Positions 9,820-18,891 of a DNA stretch of 64,000 nucleotides are shown piece after piece (position 1 is the stretch's first letter; every line of letters starts with the position of its first letter). The DNA lies in assembly GCA_965223845.1 (NCBI GenBank), contig CBDCXR010000004.1, forward strand, positions 5,664,001 through 5,728,000, written 5' to 3'. The notes below the pieces were generated by a model that was given only the letters and a program-made list of their open reading frames with translations, had not been told where the DNA came from and made no database searches. The stretch comes from Planctomycetota bacterium. Lineage in GTDB: Bacteria; Planctomycetota; UBA8108; SXIK01. Both the position numbers and the translations under genes were made by a program.

Positions 9820-10263
9820 ATGACACGAGCTGCTGTTTTCCTCGCGCCGCTTTTCCTTTTCGTTTCCGCGTGCACGATCTACGTTCCCGTGCGCGAACGT
9901 CGGGCGCCGCGTTACGAGCCCGCACCGCACTCGCCAGTGTCTGCGACGGCCGCGGAGATCGACGCCGCGTGCCGACTCGACATCGACTTTCAGAAGCAGG
10001 AAGCCCTCACTCGGATCGCCCGGCGATCGAATCTCGATCCGGAAGACCAAGCCCAACTAGCGCGCGCGGCTCTCGAATGTCTCTCGATCGATCTTCAAAA
10101 ACGCGATGTGCTCCTCCAGATCATCAACGGGCCCCGCTTCGGAGAGCCGGCGAAGATCGCGATCCTCGACGGTCTCGATTCCCTCGCGATCAGTCACATG
10201 CGAAACGAGATCCTCGCGGCGATCGACGCCCGGGGAGAGCGAGACGCGCTGCCTTCCGAGTAG
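9820..10263 (+). CDS. putative lipoprotein with helical repeats
   Basis: Lipobox-like MTRAAVFLAPLFLFVSA-C and two similar helical segments (LDIDFQKQEAL / LSIDLQKRDVL). Confidence 0.65.
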   Translation: MTRAAVFLAPLFLFVSACTIYVPVRERRAPRYEPAPHSPVSATAAEIDAACRLDIDFQKQEALTRIARRSNLDPEDQAQLARAALECLSIDLQKRDVLLQIINGPRFGEPAKIAILDGLDSLAISHMRNEILAAIDARGERDALPSE

Positions 10264-10453
10264 ACGCCGACTGCGGGGCGGGAATCGATGGCGTCGACGC
10301 CATTCGCCATCGCCTCGAGTAGATCCCGCGAAACTCCGGCCACGCGTTTCGGCTTTCGTGCGGGCCGATGAGTCGGTTCTGGAGGAGATCGCCGCCTCGT
10401 CGTACCCTGGAGAGGTCCGTCCTCGGCTCCCCTCCACTCTCGTTGGCTCAGCG

Positions 10454-12118
10454 ATGCGAACTCCCGGACTCGTAACTCCCGTGCTCGCGATCTTCGTGAG
10501 CACCTTGTCGACCCAAGCAGAAACGCTCACGGAGGACACGGTCTGGTCGGGCACGGTCGACGTCGAAGGCGAGCTCGAAGTCGCGGACGGTGTAACGCTT
10601 TCCATCGACCCGGGAACCGTCGTCCGGCTCGCTCCGGGCGCGACCGTCGTCGTCCGCGGACGCCTCATGGCCGACGGCACGGAACCCGAGCCGATTCGGT
10701 TCACCCGCGCGAGCGACACCGAGCCGTGGGAGCGAATCTACTTCATCCGTGCCGACGACAGTCGTCTCCGCTACGTGACCATCGAGTACGCGGACTCCGA
10801 GGGCGACCACAAGGACTATTACGACGACAAAGACGAGAACTGCGAGCCCGTCTCCGAACGAGACCCGCGCGATTATCACGAAGCGGTCGTCGTCATCGCG
10901 AGTCACGTCGACATCGAGAATTGTGTCTTTCAGAATCTTCCGGGCGGCGGCGACGACGAAGGCGATGCGATCGCTGTCATCTCCGACGATCCCGTGCATC
11001 CGGGTGACGCCAGCGCGATCATCCGCGGGTGTCAGTTCCTTTCGATCGGCCAGGGAGTGCACACCCGCTACGCGTACGTTCTCGTCGAGGAGTGTTTCTT
11101 TACGGATCACCACGGGGACAACGACGACGTCGATCTCTACGGCGAAAGCGACCCCCCACCGCTCATCCTCAACAACGTTTTTCTCGATCCCGACCACGAC
11201 GACATGATCAATCCGACGCGCTGCTCCGCGCGGCTCATCGGGAACGTGATCGCCGGGAGCGACGATCACGGGATCGTGCTTCGCGATCGTTGCGATCCGG
11301 TGCTCATCAACAACGTGATCTATGACTGTTCGAGTGCGGGCATCGCCGTTCAGAATTCCTGCGACGCCCTCCTCGTGAACAACACCATCGCGAACTGCGG
11401 GCGCGGTGTGCGCTTCTTCGATCACACGGGACGATGGGGACTCCCGTACTGCCTCACGCCCGGAAGTGGACGTGCGACCGTGATCAACACCATCGTTTGG
11501 GATTGCCCGACTCCGATGTCGCTCGCCGACACGCCGTACGAAGAGGAGCCGGGCTCTCACGTCACGATCGAGTATTCGAGCATCGATGGGACGCTCGAGG
11601 ACTTTTCGGTCGATAGCGAATCGACGGTGACGTGGGGTGACGGGAATCGGAGCGACCCGCCGATGTTCGTCGATCCAGATTCGGGTGATTTCCGTCTCGC
11701 GGAGGGATCTCCGCTCGTCGATCAAGGCACGGCAGACGGTGCGCCCGAGATCGATTTCGACGGCAAGCCTCGACCCTGCGGAGAGGGGGTGGACATCGGA
11801 GCATTCGAGTACGGCGAGTGCGACGACCCGCCGCCGCCCGGACCGCGGTTCGTGCGCGGCGATGCCAACGCCGACGGTAGCGAAGACGTTTCGGACGCGC
11901 TGACGATTCTCTTCTTTCTCTTCGGCGATGGTGCGGAGCCCGTCTGTCGAAAGAGCGCCGATGCGGACGACAGCGGTGAACTCAACCTCGCCGACGCCGT
12001 GTATTCACTCAACTCGCTCTTCCTCCTCGGCCCTGCACCGCCGCTGCCGAACGGCGCCTGTGGCGCGGATCCGACCGAGGATGGACTTCCGTGCGAAGCG
12101 TACCCGCCTTGCGCGTGA
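10454..12118 (+). CDS. secreted right-handed parallel beta-helix protein with C-terminal dockerin-like module
   Basis: Signal peptide; beta-helix rungs (LINNVIYDC, LVNNTIANC); GDFRLAEGSPLVDQG...DIGAFEY anchor-like motif; FVRGDANADG module. Confidence 0.8.
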   Translation: MRTPGLVTPVLAIFVSTLSTQAETLTEDTVWSGTVDVEGELEVADGVTLSIDPGTVVRLAPGATVVVRGRLMADGTEPEPIRFTRASDTEPWERIYFIRADDSRLRYVTIEYADSEGDHKDYYDDKDENCEPVSERDPRDYHEAVVVIASHVDIENCVFQNLPGGGDDEGDAIAVISDDPVHPGDASAIIRGCQFLSIGQGVHTRYAYVLVEECFFTDHHGDNDDVDLYGESDPPPLILNNVFLDPDHDDMINPTRCSARLIGNVIAGSDDHGIVLRDRCDPVLINNVIYDCSSAGIAVQNSCDALLVNNTIANCGRGVRFFDHTGRWGLPYCLTPGSGRATVINTIVWDCPTPMSLADTPYEEEPGSHVTIEYSSIDGTLEDFSVDSESTVTWGDGNRSDPPMFVDPDSGDFRLAEGSPLVDQGTADGAPEIDFDGKPRPCGEGVDIGAFEYGECDDPPPPGPRFVRGDANADGSEDVSDALTILFFLFGDGAEPVCRKSADADDSGELNLADAVYSLNSLFLLGPAPPLPNGACGADPTEDGLPCEAYPPCA

Positions 12119-12369
12119 GCGTTTCGTGATCGTCGATGGGAAAGGCTCCCAACGCGCGGGGGATTCCCCTTTCTGTTCTCGATTCCACGACGCGAGCTGC
12201 GCGTATCACCGGGCGCGACGGCGGGCGGCGGTGCGACCGACTCCGGTGCGCGCGGAGTGCGGAGGCGAGCGCGAGGCGGCGGCGGAGGGAGAGGAGGAGG
12301 AGGAGGAGGAGGAGAAGAAGTTTGTCGGGAACGGGAACAACACGCCTCGGGAGGAGACGCGCGCGATCC

Positions 12370-12795
12370 CTAGTGCTCCTCGCCCCGATAGATCCACATC
12401 GACCGCGTCCGGCCCGCCGGCTCGAAACCGCATTCTTGATAGAATTCCATCGCCGCTCCGTCCGCGACCAGAATCTGCTGGTGAAATCCGGCGTATTTCG
12501 TTTGGAGCATCCGCATCAGTCGTCGCCCGATGCCGAGGCGGCGATACTCGGGAAGAACGAGAAGATGCGGGTAGTAGACGACGAGTGCGCCATCGGAGAT
12601 CGCGTTGCCGAGCCCGACGAGCTTCGCGCCGTCCCAGGCCGATGCGACCGCGTGCGAATTCGCGAGCGCCGAACAGAGCTCGTCCGGGCGATCGGCTGCG
12701 GACCACTCGTTCTTTCGATAGAGCTCGAGGACCTCAGCGCGCGGTAGGTCTCGAGTTTCTTGGTAGCGCAGGCGTTCGGGGTCGACGGACGTCAT
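12370..12795 (-). CDS. GNAT family N-acetyltransferase
   Basis: Acetyl-CoA motif VLPEYRRLGIG and FYQECGF. Confidence 0.88.
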   Translation of the reverse strand: MTSVDPERLRYQETRDLPRAEVLELYRKNEWSAADRPDELCSALANSHAVASAWDGAKLVGLGNAISDGALVVYYPHLLVLPEYRRLGIGRRLMRMLQTKYAGFHQQILVADGAAMEFYQECGFEPAGRTRSMWIYRGEEH

Positions 12796-12875
12796 GCCCC
12801 TTATTGTAGAAAGATTCCTGGTAGGCGAAAGGCGGTCACGAGTCGGCTCGTCGCAAGAGAAGGAAAGGGAGAAGG

Positions 12876-13337
12876 ATGACCGGCGCGCCTGAACGCGAGG
12901 CGCCAAGCAGGAACGAGCGACGCCGAAGGTTCGTCGCGGTCACCGCGCTACTCGCGGGACTCGCTACGGCAGCGGCTCTCGTCGCGTCCCTCCTCGTCCG
13001 CCACTGGACCTGTTTCAGTGCATGGCAGAGTCCGTCACCGAACATCATCGGCGAGTGGGAAAACGTCTCCCCGCTGTCGGAGTTCGACCGAGTGTCGCTC
13101 CCCCCTCGAGTTGGGTTTTCCGCCGATGACCGCTACCGAACCCTCGATACCGCCGCCGACGAGAGCCGGTTCTGGGCGACCGGGTCGTACCATCTCGAAG
13201 GGTCTCGCCTGACGATCGCCGCGGATCTCTACGGTTCGCGCTTCGATGTCGCGACGGTCGAAGTCTCACGGTTCGGCTGCGATCTCATCATCACCTACGG
13301 AGACCGCACGCGTCTCCACTATCGCCGAATCCACTGA
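12876..13337 (+). CDS. membrane-anchored hypothetical protein (lipocalin-like beta domain)
   Basis: One TM segment (FVAVTALLAGLATAAALVASLLV), then IIGEW and TGSYHLEGSRLTI; RBS-like GAGAAGG upstream. Confidence 0.55.
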   Translation: MTGAPEREAPSRNERRRRFVAVTALLAGLATAAALVASLLVRHWTCFSAWQSPSPNIIGEWENVSPLSEFDRVSLPPRVGFSADDRYRTLDTAADESRFWATGSYHLEGSRLTIAADLYGSRFDVATVEVSRFGCDLIITYGDRTRLHYRRIH

Positions 13338-13369
13338 ACGAACGCGCGGGCCGAAGACGGCGTCGGAGC

Positions 13370-15010
13370 TCAGATTCGGCCACTCAGCTCACGGATTTCG
13401 TGATTGAGGATGTGATCGTTCTCCGAGTAGTCGACCGGGACATCGATGACGTCGATACCCCGCGAAGCGAGGCTCTGCTCTAAGAGTGGGAGAAGCTCCG
13501 CTGCCGACGCGACGCGATGCCCACGCGCACCGTAGCTCTCGGCGTAGCGGACGAAGTCCGGGTTCTTGAAGTCGAGACCGAAGCTCGGGAACCCCGAATT
13601 CGACTGCTTCCACTTGATCATCCCGTAGGCGCTGTCGTTCAGAATCAAAACAACGAGGTTGAGGTCGAGTCGGACCGCGGTTTCGAGTTCCTGCGAATTC
13701 ATCATGAAGCCGCCGTCGCCGCAAATCGCCATCACCTTGCGATTCGGATCGAGAAGGGACGCGGTCATCGCCGATGGCAGGCCCGCGCCCATCGTCGCGA
13801 GCGCATTGTCGAGCAGCACGGTGTTGGGACAGTGTGCGCGGTAGTTGCGCGCAAACCAGATCTTGTAGACGCCGTTGTCGAGCGCGATCACACCTTCGGA
13901 TGGCATCGTGCGGCGAACCTCGGCGACGAGTCGCTGCGGATAGATGGGAAAGCGGTCGTCGTCCGCTCCGACCTCGACGTGGCGATCGAAGTGCTCCTTC
14001 ACTTCGCAGAAACGGGAAAAGTCCCAGCTCGCCTGCGGTGACACGCGTTCGGCGAGTTGCCAGATACTGTTGGCGATATCGCCCACCATCTCCACCTGCG
14101 GAAAGTAGACGGGATCGACCGCCGCCGACGTGAAGTTGACGTGGATCACCTGGGGCCCGCCGGGTGACATGAAGAAGGGCGGCTTCTCGACGACGTCGTG
14201 ACCGACGTTCAGGATGACGTCGGCGGCCTCGATCGCGCGGTGGACAAAGTCTCCGTCGGAGAGTGCAGCGTTCCCGAGGAATCTCTCGTCGCGCTCATCG
14301 ACGACGCCCTTCCCCATTTGCGTCGTGAAGAAGGGAATCCCGGTGCGATCGATGAACCGCCGGAGCATTCGGCTCGTCAGCTTGCGATTCGCGCCGGCCC
14401 CGACGAGCACGAGCGGCGAACGCGCGGCTTCGAGAAGTTTCGCCGCGCGCGCGACCGCTTTCTCTTCACAGATAGGACGCCGGACCACGCTCGCCGGCCG
14501 CGGCGGGACCGAAGCGTCTTCGGCGGCGATGTCCTCCGGGAGCTCGAGGTGGACTGCACCCGGGCGCTCTTCCTGCGAAAGTCGAATTGCCTCGCGCACC
14601 CGTGACGGGATCGCCTCACCGCTCACGATCTGCCGCGTGTACTTGGTGAGTGGGCGCATCATGTCGACGACATCGACGATCTGAAAATGACCTTGCTTGC
14701 TCGTCTTGATGGGCTTCTGCCCGGTGATCATCAACATCGGCATCGCGCCGAGTTGAGCGTACGCCGCGGGCGTGACGAAATTCGTCGCGCCGGGACCGAG
14801 CGTCGCGAGGCACACTCCGGTCTTTCCGGTCAGCCGTCCGTACGTCGCCGCCATGAAACCCGCGCCTTGCTCGTGGCGCGTGAGGATGAGGCGGATGTTC
14901 GAGCGGGAGAGCGAGTCGAGGAAATCGAGGTTTTCCTCACCGGGAACGCCGAAGACGAACTCGACGCCTTCGGCCTCGAGCGCTTCGACGAATCGATCGG
15001 ATGCTTTCAT
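13370..15010 (-). CDS. ilvB: acetolactate synthase large subunit (TPP-dependent)
   Basis: FGVPGEEN, TRHEQGA, TLGPGATN and the TPP motif GDGGFMMN...LNDSAYG. Confidence 0.88.
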   Translation of the reverse strand: MKASDRFVEALEAEGVEFVFGVPGEENLDFLDSLSRSNIRLILTRHEQGAGFMAATYGRLTGKTGVCLATLGPGATNFVTPAAYAQLGAMPMLMITGQKPIKTSKQGHFQIVDVVDMMRPLTKYTRQIVSGEAIPSRVREAIRLSQEERPGAVHLELPEDIAAEDASVPPRPASVVRRPICEEKAVARAAKLLEAARSPLVLVGAGANRKLTSRMLRRFIDRTGIPFFTTQMGKGVVDERDERFLGNAALSDGDFVHRAIEAADVILNVGHDVVEKPPFFMSPGGPQVIHVNFTSAAVDPVYFPQVEMVGDIANSIWQLAERVSPQASWDFSRFCEVKEHFDRHVEVGADDDRFPIYPQRLVAEVRRTMPSEGVIALDNGVYKIWFARNYRAHCPNTVLLDNALATMGAGLPSAMTASLLDPNRKVMAICGDGGFMMNSQELETAVRLDLNLVVLILNDSAYGMIKWKQSNSGFPSFGLDFKNPDFVRYAESYGARGHRVASAAELLPLLEQSLASRGIDVIDVPVDYSENDHILNHEIRELSGRI

Positions 15011-15663
15011 TCTGTGCACTCCTCTGGTGTCTGCCGTTCCGAACGAACGGGAGGTGAAGAACGCTCCCGCGATCAGAGGCGATTTCTTTCCCTGCGGAAA
15101 TGGCGGTTAACGCAAATCGCGAGTTCGAGCGCGGGCGAACGATCGCCACGTCCCTCGTTCGTTTACCTCACCACGTTAGCAACTCATTTCTCGTCGGTGA
15201 CGTCAACTCGAGCTTGGTCACGAATCAGTGAGCGTGAGGGCGAGAGGATCGTCGAGAACGAGGGACGAGAAGGGAACGAGGATTGATCGTCTCTTCGATT
15301 GCTCAAGACCAAACCGCGGGCGGGCGCACGAGTCTCGCGAAGTGATTCAGCAACTCGCCTCACCTACTGCAATCCGGTGTCGTCGGGGCTCGTTCCCGAG
15401 GTGAAGGCGTGGCCGGGTCCGGGGCTCCGGGCCTACACCCCGTGTCCCCCGGGCCGAGCCCCCGGCTGCGCCCCCACCCGGTCCGGACCCCGAATTCCGA
15501 GGTCCGGGTGGCAGACCACGGGGTTCTTAAGTCGCTGTTCGCGCGATCCCTGGGCGGGGTGTACCCTGGATGGCTAGCCTGAGGGATCCACGAGGGGATG
15601 CCTCGACTCGCTGTCAGATCGCGCCGGTCGAACGACCGGCCGGTGATCAAGGAATCCAAAGCC

Positions 15664-17508
15664 ATGAAGAATCGTCGATCGCTCTCCCTTCATTCCAGGT
15701 CGCTCCTCCTTGCGGGGACGACCGCGCTCGCGTGCGTCTTCGTCACTCAGCGAGCCGGCGCCCAGGAATGTGACGGCGTCGAGCAGGTCCGAGGCGACGC
15801 CGTGACACTCGAGCTCGTCAGCGAGCGTCTGAATCGCCCCGTCGACGTCACCGCACCGCCCGGGGACGTCGACCGGCTCTTCGTCGTCGAGCAGGAGGGG
15901 TTCATCCGCATCATCCATCTCGCGGATGATTCGCTCGAGCCCACGCCCTTCCTCGACATCATGAGTCGCGTTCGCTGCTGCGGCGAACGCGGTCTTCTCG
16001 GTCTCGCGTTCCACCCCGACTACGCCGAAAACGGAAGGTTCTTCGTCTACTACACGGATCGGCCGGACGGAGATACGGTCGTGTCTCGCTTCGAAGTGAC
16101 CGACGATCCGAACGTCGCCGACCCCGATTCCGAGGTCAAACTCATCGAGTTCGATCAGCCCGCGGGGAACCACAACGGCGGCCAGATCGCTTTCAGCCCG
16201 CTCGACGGCTATCTCTATATCGCCTCGGGGGACGGCGGCTCGGGCTGCGACCGCGCCGGCGCGGGAAACAACGCGCAGAACCCCCGATCGTTCCTGGGGA
16301 AGATGCTGCGGATCGACGTCGACTCCGAGTCGGACGGGAAAGCGTACGCGATTCCGGCGGACAATCCATTTGTCGGCGAAGAGGGCGTCCTCGAAGAAAT
16401 CTGGGCGCTCGGTCTCCGCAATCCATGGCGCTTCGCGTTCGATTCCCTCACCGGCGACATGTACATCGGCGACGTCGGTCAGAATCAGTGGGAAGAGATC
16501 GACTTTCAACCCGGGACGAGCACGGGAGGCGAGAACTACGAATGGCGCCGCCTCGAAGGAACGCGCTCTTCGACCGTCTCGAACTGCTCTCCTGTCGCGC
16601 TCACGGTCGGCGACGCAGCCGGCCCGATCCTCCAGTATCCGCACAGCGGATCCTTCAGCGGCTGCTCCGTCACCGGCGGAGTGGTCTACCGCGGCTGCCG
16701 AATGCCCGATCTCCACGGGACCTATTTCTACGCCGACTACTGCACGAACTGGATCCGGACGTTCCGCGTCGAGGGCGGCGAGGTCCTCGACTCCTGCGAC
16801 CGGAGAGCGGAGCTCAACTCCGGGATTCTTCCCGATCGCGTCGACGATATCTCGGCGTTCGGTACGGACGCGCGCGGCGAAGTCTACGTCTGCGATCTCT
16901 CGACGAAGCTCTTTCGCGTCGTTCCGCACCCGGACGGAGACGGTGCGCCGACCGCACGCATCGAGACCGTAGAAGACGTCGAGCTCGCGGATCCGATCGT
17001 CGCGGTGGCGCTAGACGGATCAGAATCGGACGACGGGGATGGCTGCACAAACGCACTCACCTTCTCGTGGTCGCAGGTGAGCGGCCCAGCGGTCGAAGTA
17101 CCGACCGATTCGCAGGCGACCATCGAACTCTCGATCTCGGAAATCGGCGAGTACGTATTCCAGCTCGAAGTTGACGACGGCGCGACGACCCACACGGCGG
17201 AAACGACGGTCAACGTGATCGAGCCGATCGTCGAGTTTCGCCGCGGCGATACGAACAACGACGCGCGCGTCGACATCAGCGACGCGGTCCGGCATCTCCT
17301 CTTCCTCTTCGGCGACGGCGTTCCGCCGAACTGTTTCGACGCGAACGACGCGAACGACTCGGGAATCGTCGATATCGCCGACGGGGTCTTCATTCTGAAC
17401 TATCTCTTCACGCTCGAGGGCGTCGTTCCGCCCGCACCGGGACCGCTCGAATGCGGCGGCGATCCGACGCCGGACGAGATCGACTGCGCCGAGTACCCGG
17501 TCTGCTGA
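15664..17508 (+). CDS. secreted PQQ-dependent glucose/sorbosone dehydrogenase family protein with PKD and dockerin-like modules
   Basis: GERGLLGLAFHP, NHNGGQIAF, GLRNPWRFAFD, DVGQNQWEEID; PKD LDGSESDDGDG; FRRGDTNNDA module. Confidence 0.88.
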   Translation: MKNRRSLSLHSRSLLLAGTTALACVFVTQRAGAQECDGVEQVRGDAVTLELVSERLNRPVDVTAPPGDVDRLFVVEQEGFIRIIHLADDSLEPTPFLDIMSRVRCCGERGLLGLAFHPDYAENGRFFVYYTDRPDGDTVVSRFEVTDDPNVADPDSEVKLIEFDQPAGNHNGGQIAFSPLDGYLYIASGDGGSGCDRAGAGNNAQNPRSFLGKMLRIDVDSESDGKAYAIPADNPFVGEEGVLEEIWALGLRNPWRFAFDSLTGDMYIGDVGQNQWEEIDFQPGTSTGGENYEWRRLEGTRSSTVSNCSPVALTVGDAAGPILQYPHSGSFSGCSVTGGVVYRGCRMPDLHGTYFYADYCTNWIRTFRVEGGEVLDSCDRRAELNSGILPDRVDDISAFGTDARGEVYVCDLSTKLFRVVPHPDGDGAPTARIETVEDVELADPIVAVALDGSESDDGDGCTNALTFSWSQVSGPAVEVPTDSQATIELSISEIGEYVFQLEVDDGATTHTAETTVNVIEPIVEFRRGDTNNDARVDISDAVRHLLFLFGDGVPPNCFDANDANDSGIVDIADGVFILNYLFTLEGVVPPAPGPLECGGDPTPDEIDCAEYPVC

Positions 17509-17790
17509 GGAAGAGGGCGAGGCCGACACCCTCCCCGCGCGCCAGATTCACCCCGAGTCCACTCCCGGTCGTCGGTTCGCTCCGGGTGTTCGATCCTTCG
17601 CACTTCGACGGAGCGGCTCCACCGCGAAGTCCTGACGAAGAATCGCGACGCCCCGCCCCGCCGACAACGGTGGACGACGGCGATCTGCCACTCGGTGGAC
17701 GCGATCCGTCTACGAACGAAGCGGCACCGAGCGACGCTGACTCGGTACCGCTTCCGGAGTCTCGAAGCTTTCGCCGCCGACGCAGCGAAG

Positions 17791-18792
17791 TCACACGGAA
17801 ATGGTGGTCTCCGCGATCGGCTGAGCCGCGTCGCGTTTCGGCGGTGCCGACGAGCGACGCTTCTCGCGGTCCCCCCGGCGGCGCTCGCGATCTCGCATCG
17901 CCGGTCCGCGACGACCACCACCGCGGCGCAAGCTCGGGCCGCGCCCGTCTCCTCGGCCGCGATTCATTCGGGGGCCTCGGGGCCCGCCCTCGCTCTTCAT
18001 CCGCGGACCGTGCGAACCGCTGCGGAATCCTCGCTGAACCCAAGGTGGCGCGCCGCGCCCTCGACTCATGCGAGGTCCGCGAGAGTCGCCGCGCAAACCG
18101 CGCTTCACCCACGGCGGCGCGGAGCGACCGCGACTCATACGAGGACCGCGCGAGCCGCTTCGATGACTCCGCTCGACCCAAGGCGGCGCACCGCGGCCAC
18201 GATTCATGCGAGGTCCTCGCGGACCGCCTCGCATTCCCCGCCCGACCCACGGCGGAGGCCCTCGGCGACCGCTTCGCAGCGATCCGCTAGAGCCCCGTGC
18301 CCAAGGCGGTCCGCCGCGACGCGCACTCGAATCACTCCGGTCGCGACCGCGACGCGCACGGTGGCGATCCGGTCGCTCTTTCGCCTCCGCTCGCCTTCGG
18401 CTCTTCTTTGCTTCCTGCCGTTTCTTCGCCTTGGCCTCCGCGGCCTTCCTTCGAGCGGCCTTCTTCGCCTCTCGCTTCTTTTTCTCGGCGCTCGCCCGAT
18501 CGGACTTCTTGGCGCCGTCGCCCGCCTTCTCTTTCTTCTTCTCGACGATGCGCTTTTCACCGTCGCTCGATCGCCGCGGACGCGGCGGTCCCCCTTCATC
18601 GCCTCCGCGTCGACGGAAGCGGAACCTCGGGCCACCGGGACCGATTCGCCCCGGAGGACCGCCGCGCCCGCGAAGCCGTCGCTCGCCGTCGGAGTCTCTT
18701 CGATCATCGCCTCGAGCTTCGTCCTGACCCACGGTAGGTGAGGCGAAGAGCGCAACTAAGATGAGCGCTGAACAAACCTGGATTCGTCGCAT
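17791..18792 (-). CDS. secreted low-complexity Arg/Gly/Pro-rich protein with 23-aa tandem repeats
   Basis: AAGGAG RBS 7 nt before ATG; signal peptide MRRIQVCSALILVALFASPTVG; Lys/Ala/Glu helix; repeats GPRMxRGRxAPPWVxR. Confidence 0.65.
   Translation of the reverse strand: MRRIQVCSALILVALFASPTVGQDEARGDDRRDSDGERRLRGRGGPPGRIGPGGPRFRFRRRGGDEGGPPRPRRSSDGEKRIVEKKKEKAGDGAKKSDRASAEKKKREAKKAARRKAAEAKAKKRQEAKKSRRRAEAKERPDRHRARRGRDRSDSSARRGGPPWARGSSGSLRSGRRGPPPWVGRGMRGGPRGPRMNRGRGAPPWVERSHRSGSRGPRMSRGRSAPPWVKRGLRGDSRGPRMSRGRGAPPWVQRGFRSGSHGPRMKSEGGPRGPRMNRGRGDGRGPSLRRGGGRRGPAMRDRERRRGDREKRRSSAPPKRDAAQPIAETTISV
17960..18310 (-). repeat. 69-bp coding tandem repeat (about 4-5 units)
   Basis: CCCA(A/C)GG(C/T)GG anchors at 18039, 18108, 18177 and 18246 (exact 69-bp period), with a degenerate copy at 18300. 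Confidence 0.8.
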
Positions 18793-18873
18793 GGCGGTTC
18801 TCCTTCCTGTTGGTGATCGACGCGCGTCGCTCGATGCTCGCGAGTTGAAACCCCACGCAGGCTATCCGGACCG

Positions 18874-18891
18874 AGGTTAACCGAAGATTAA
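18874..18891 (-). promoter_or_regulatory. 11-bp-spaced direct repeat TTAATCT-N4-TTAACCT, candidate OmpR-family binding box
   Basis: On the + strand AGGTTAA-ccga-AGATTAA. It lies about 80 bp upstream of the 18792 start and overlaps the stop codon of the histidine kinase. Confidence 0.5.

Noticed and set aside
12284-12320. (GAG)n tract as a poly-Glu coding region of ORF 11928-12809
   Set aside because: That ORF overlaps two real genes and has no recognisable features; the tract is treated as intergenic low-complexity sequence.
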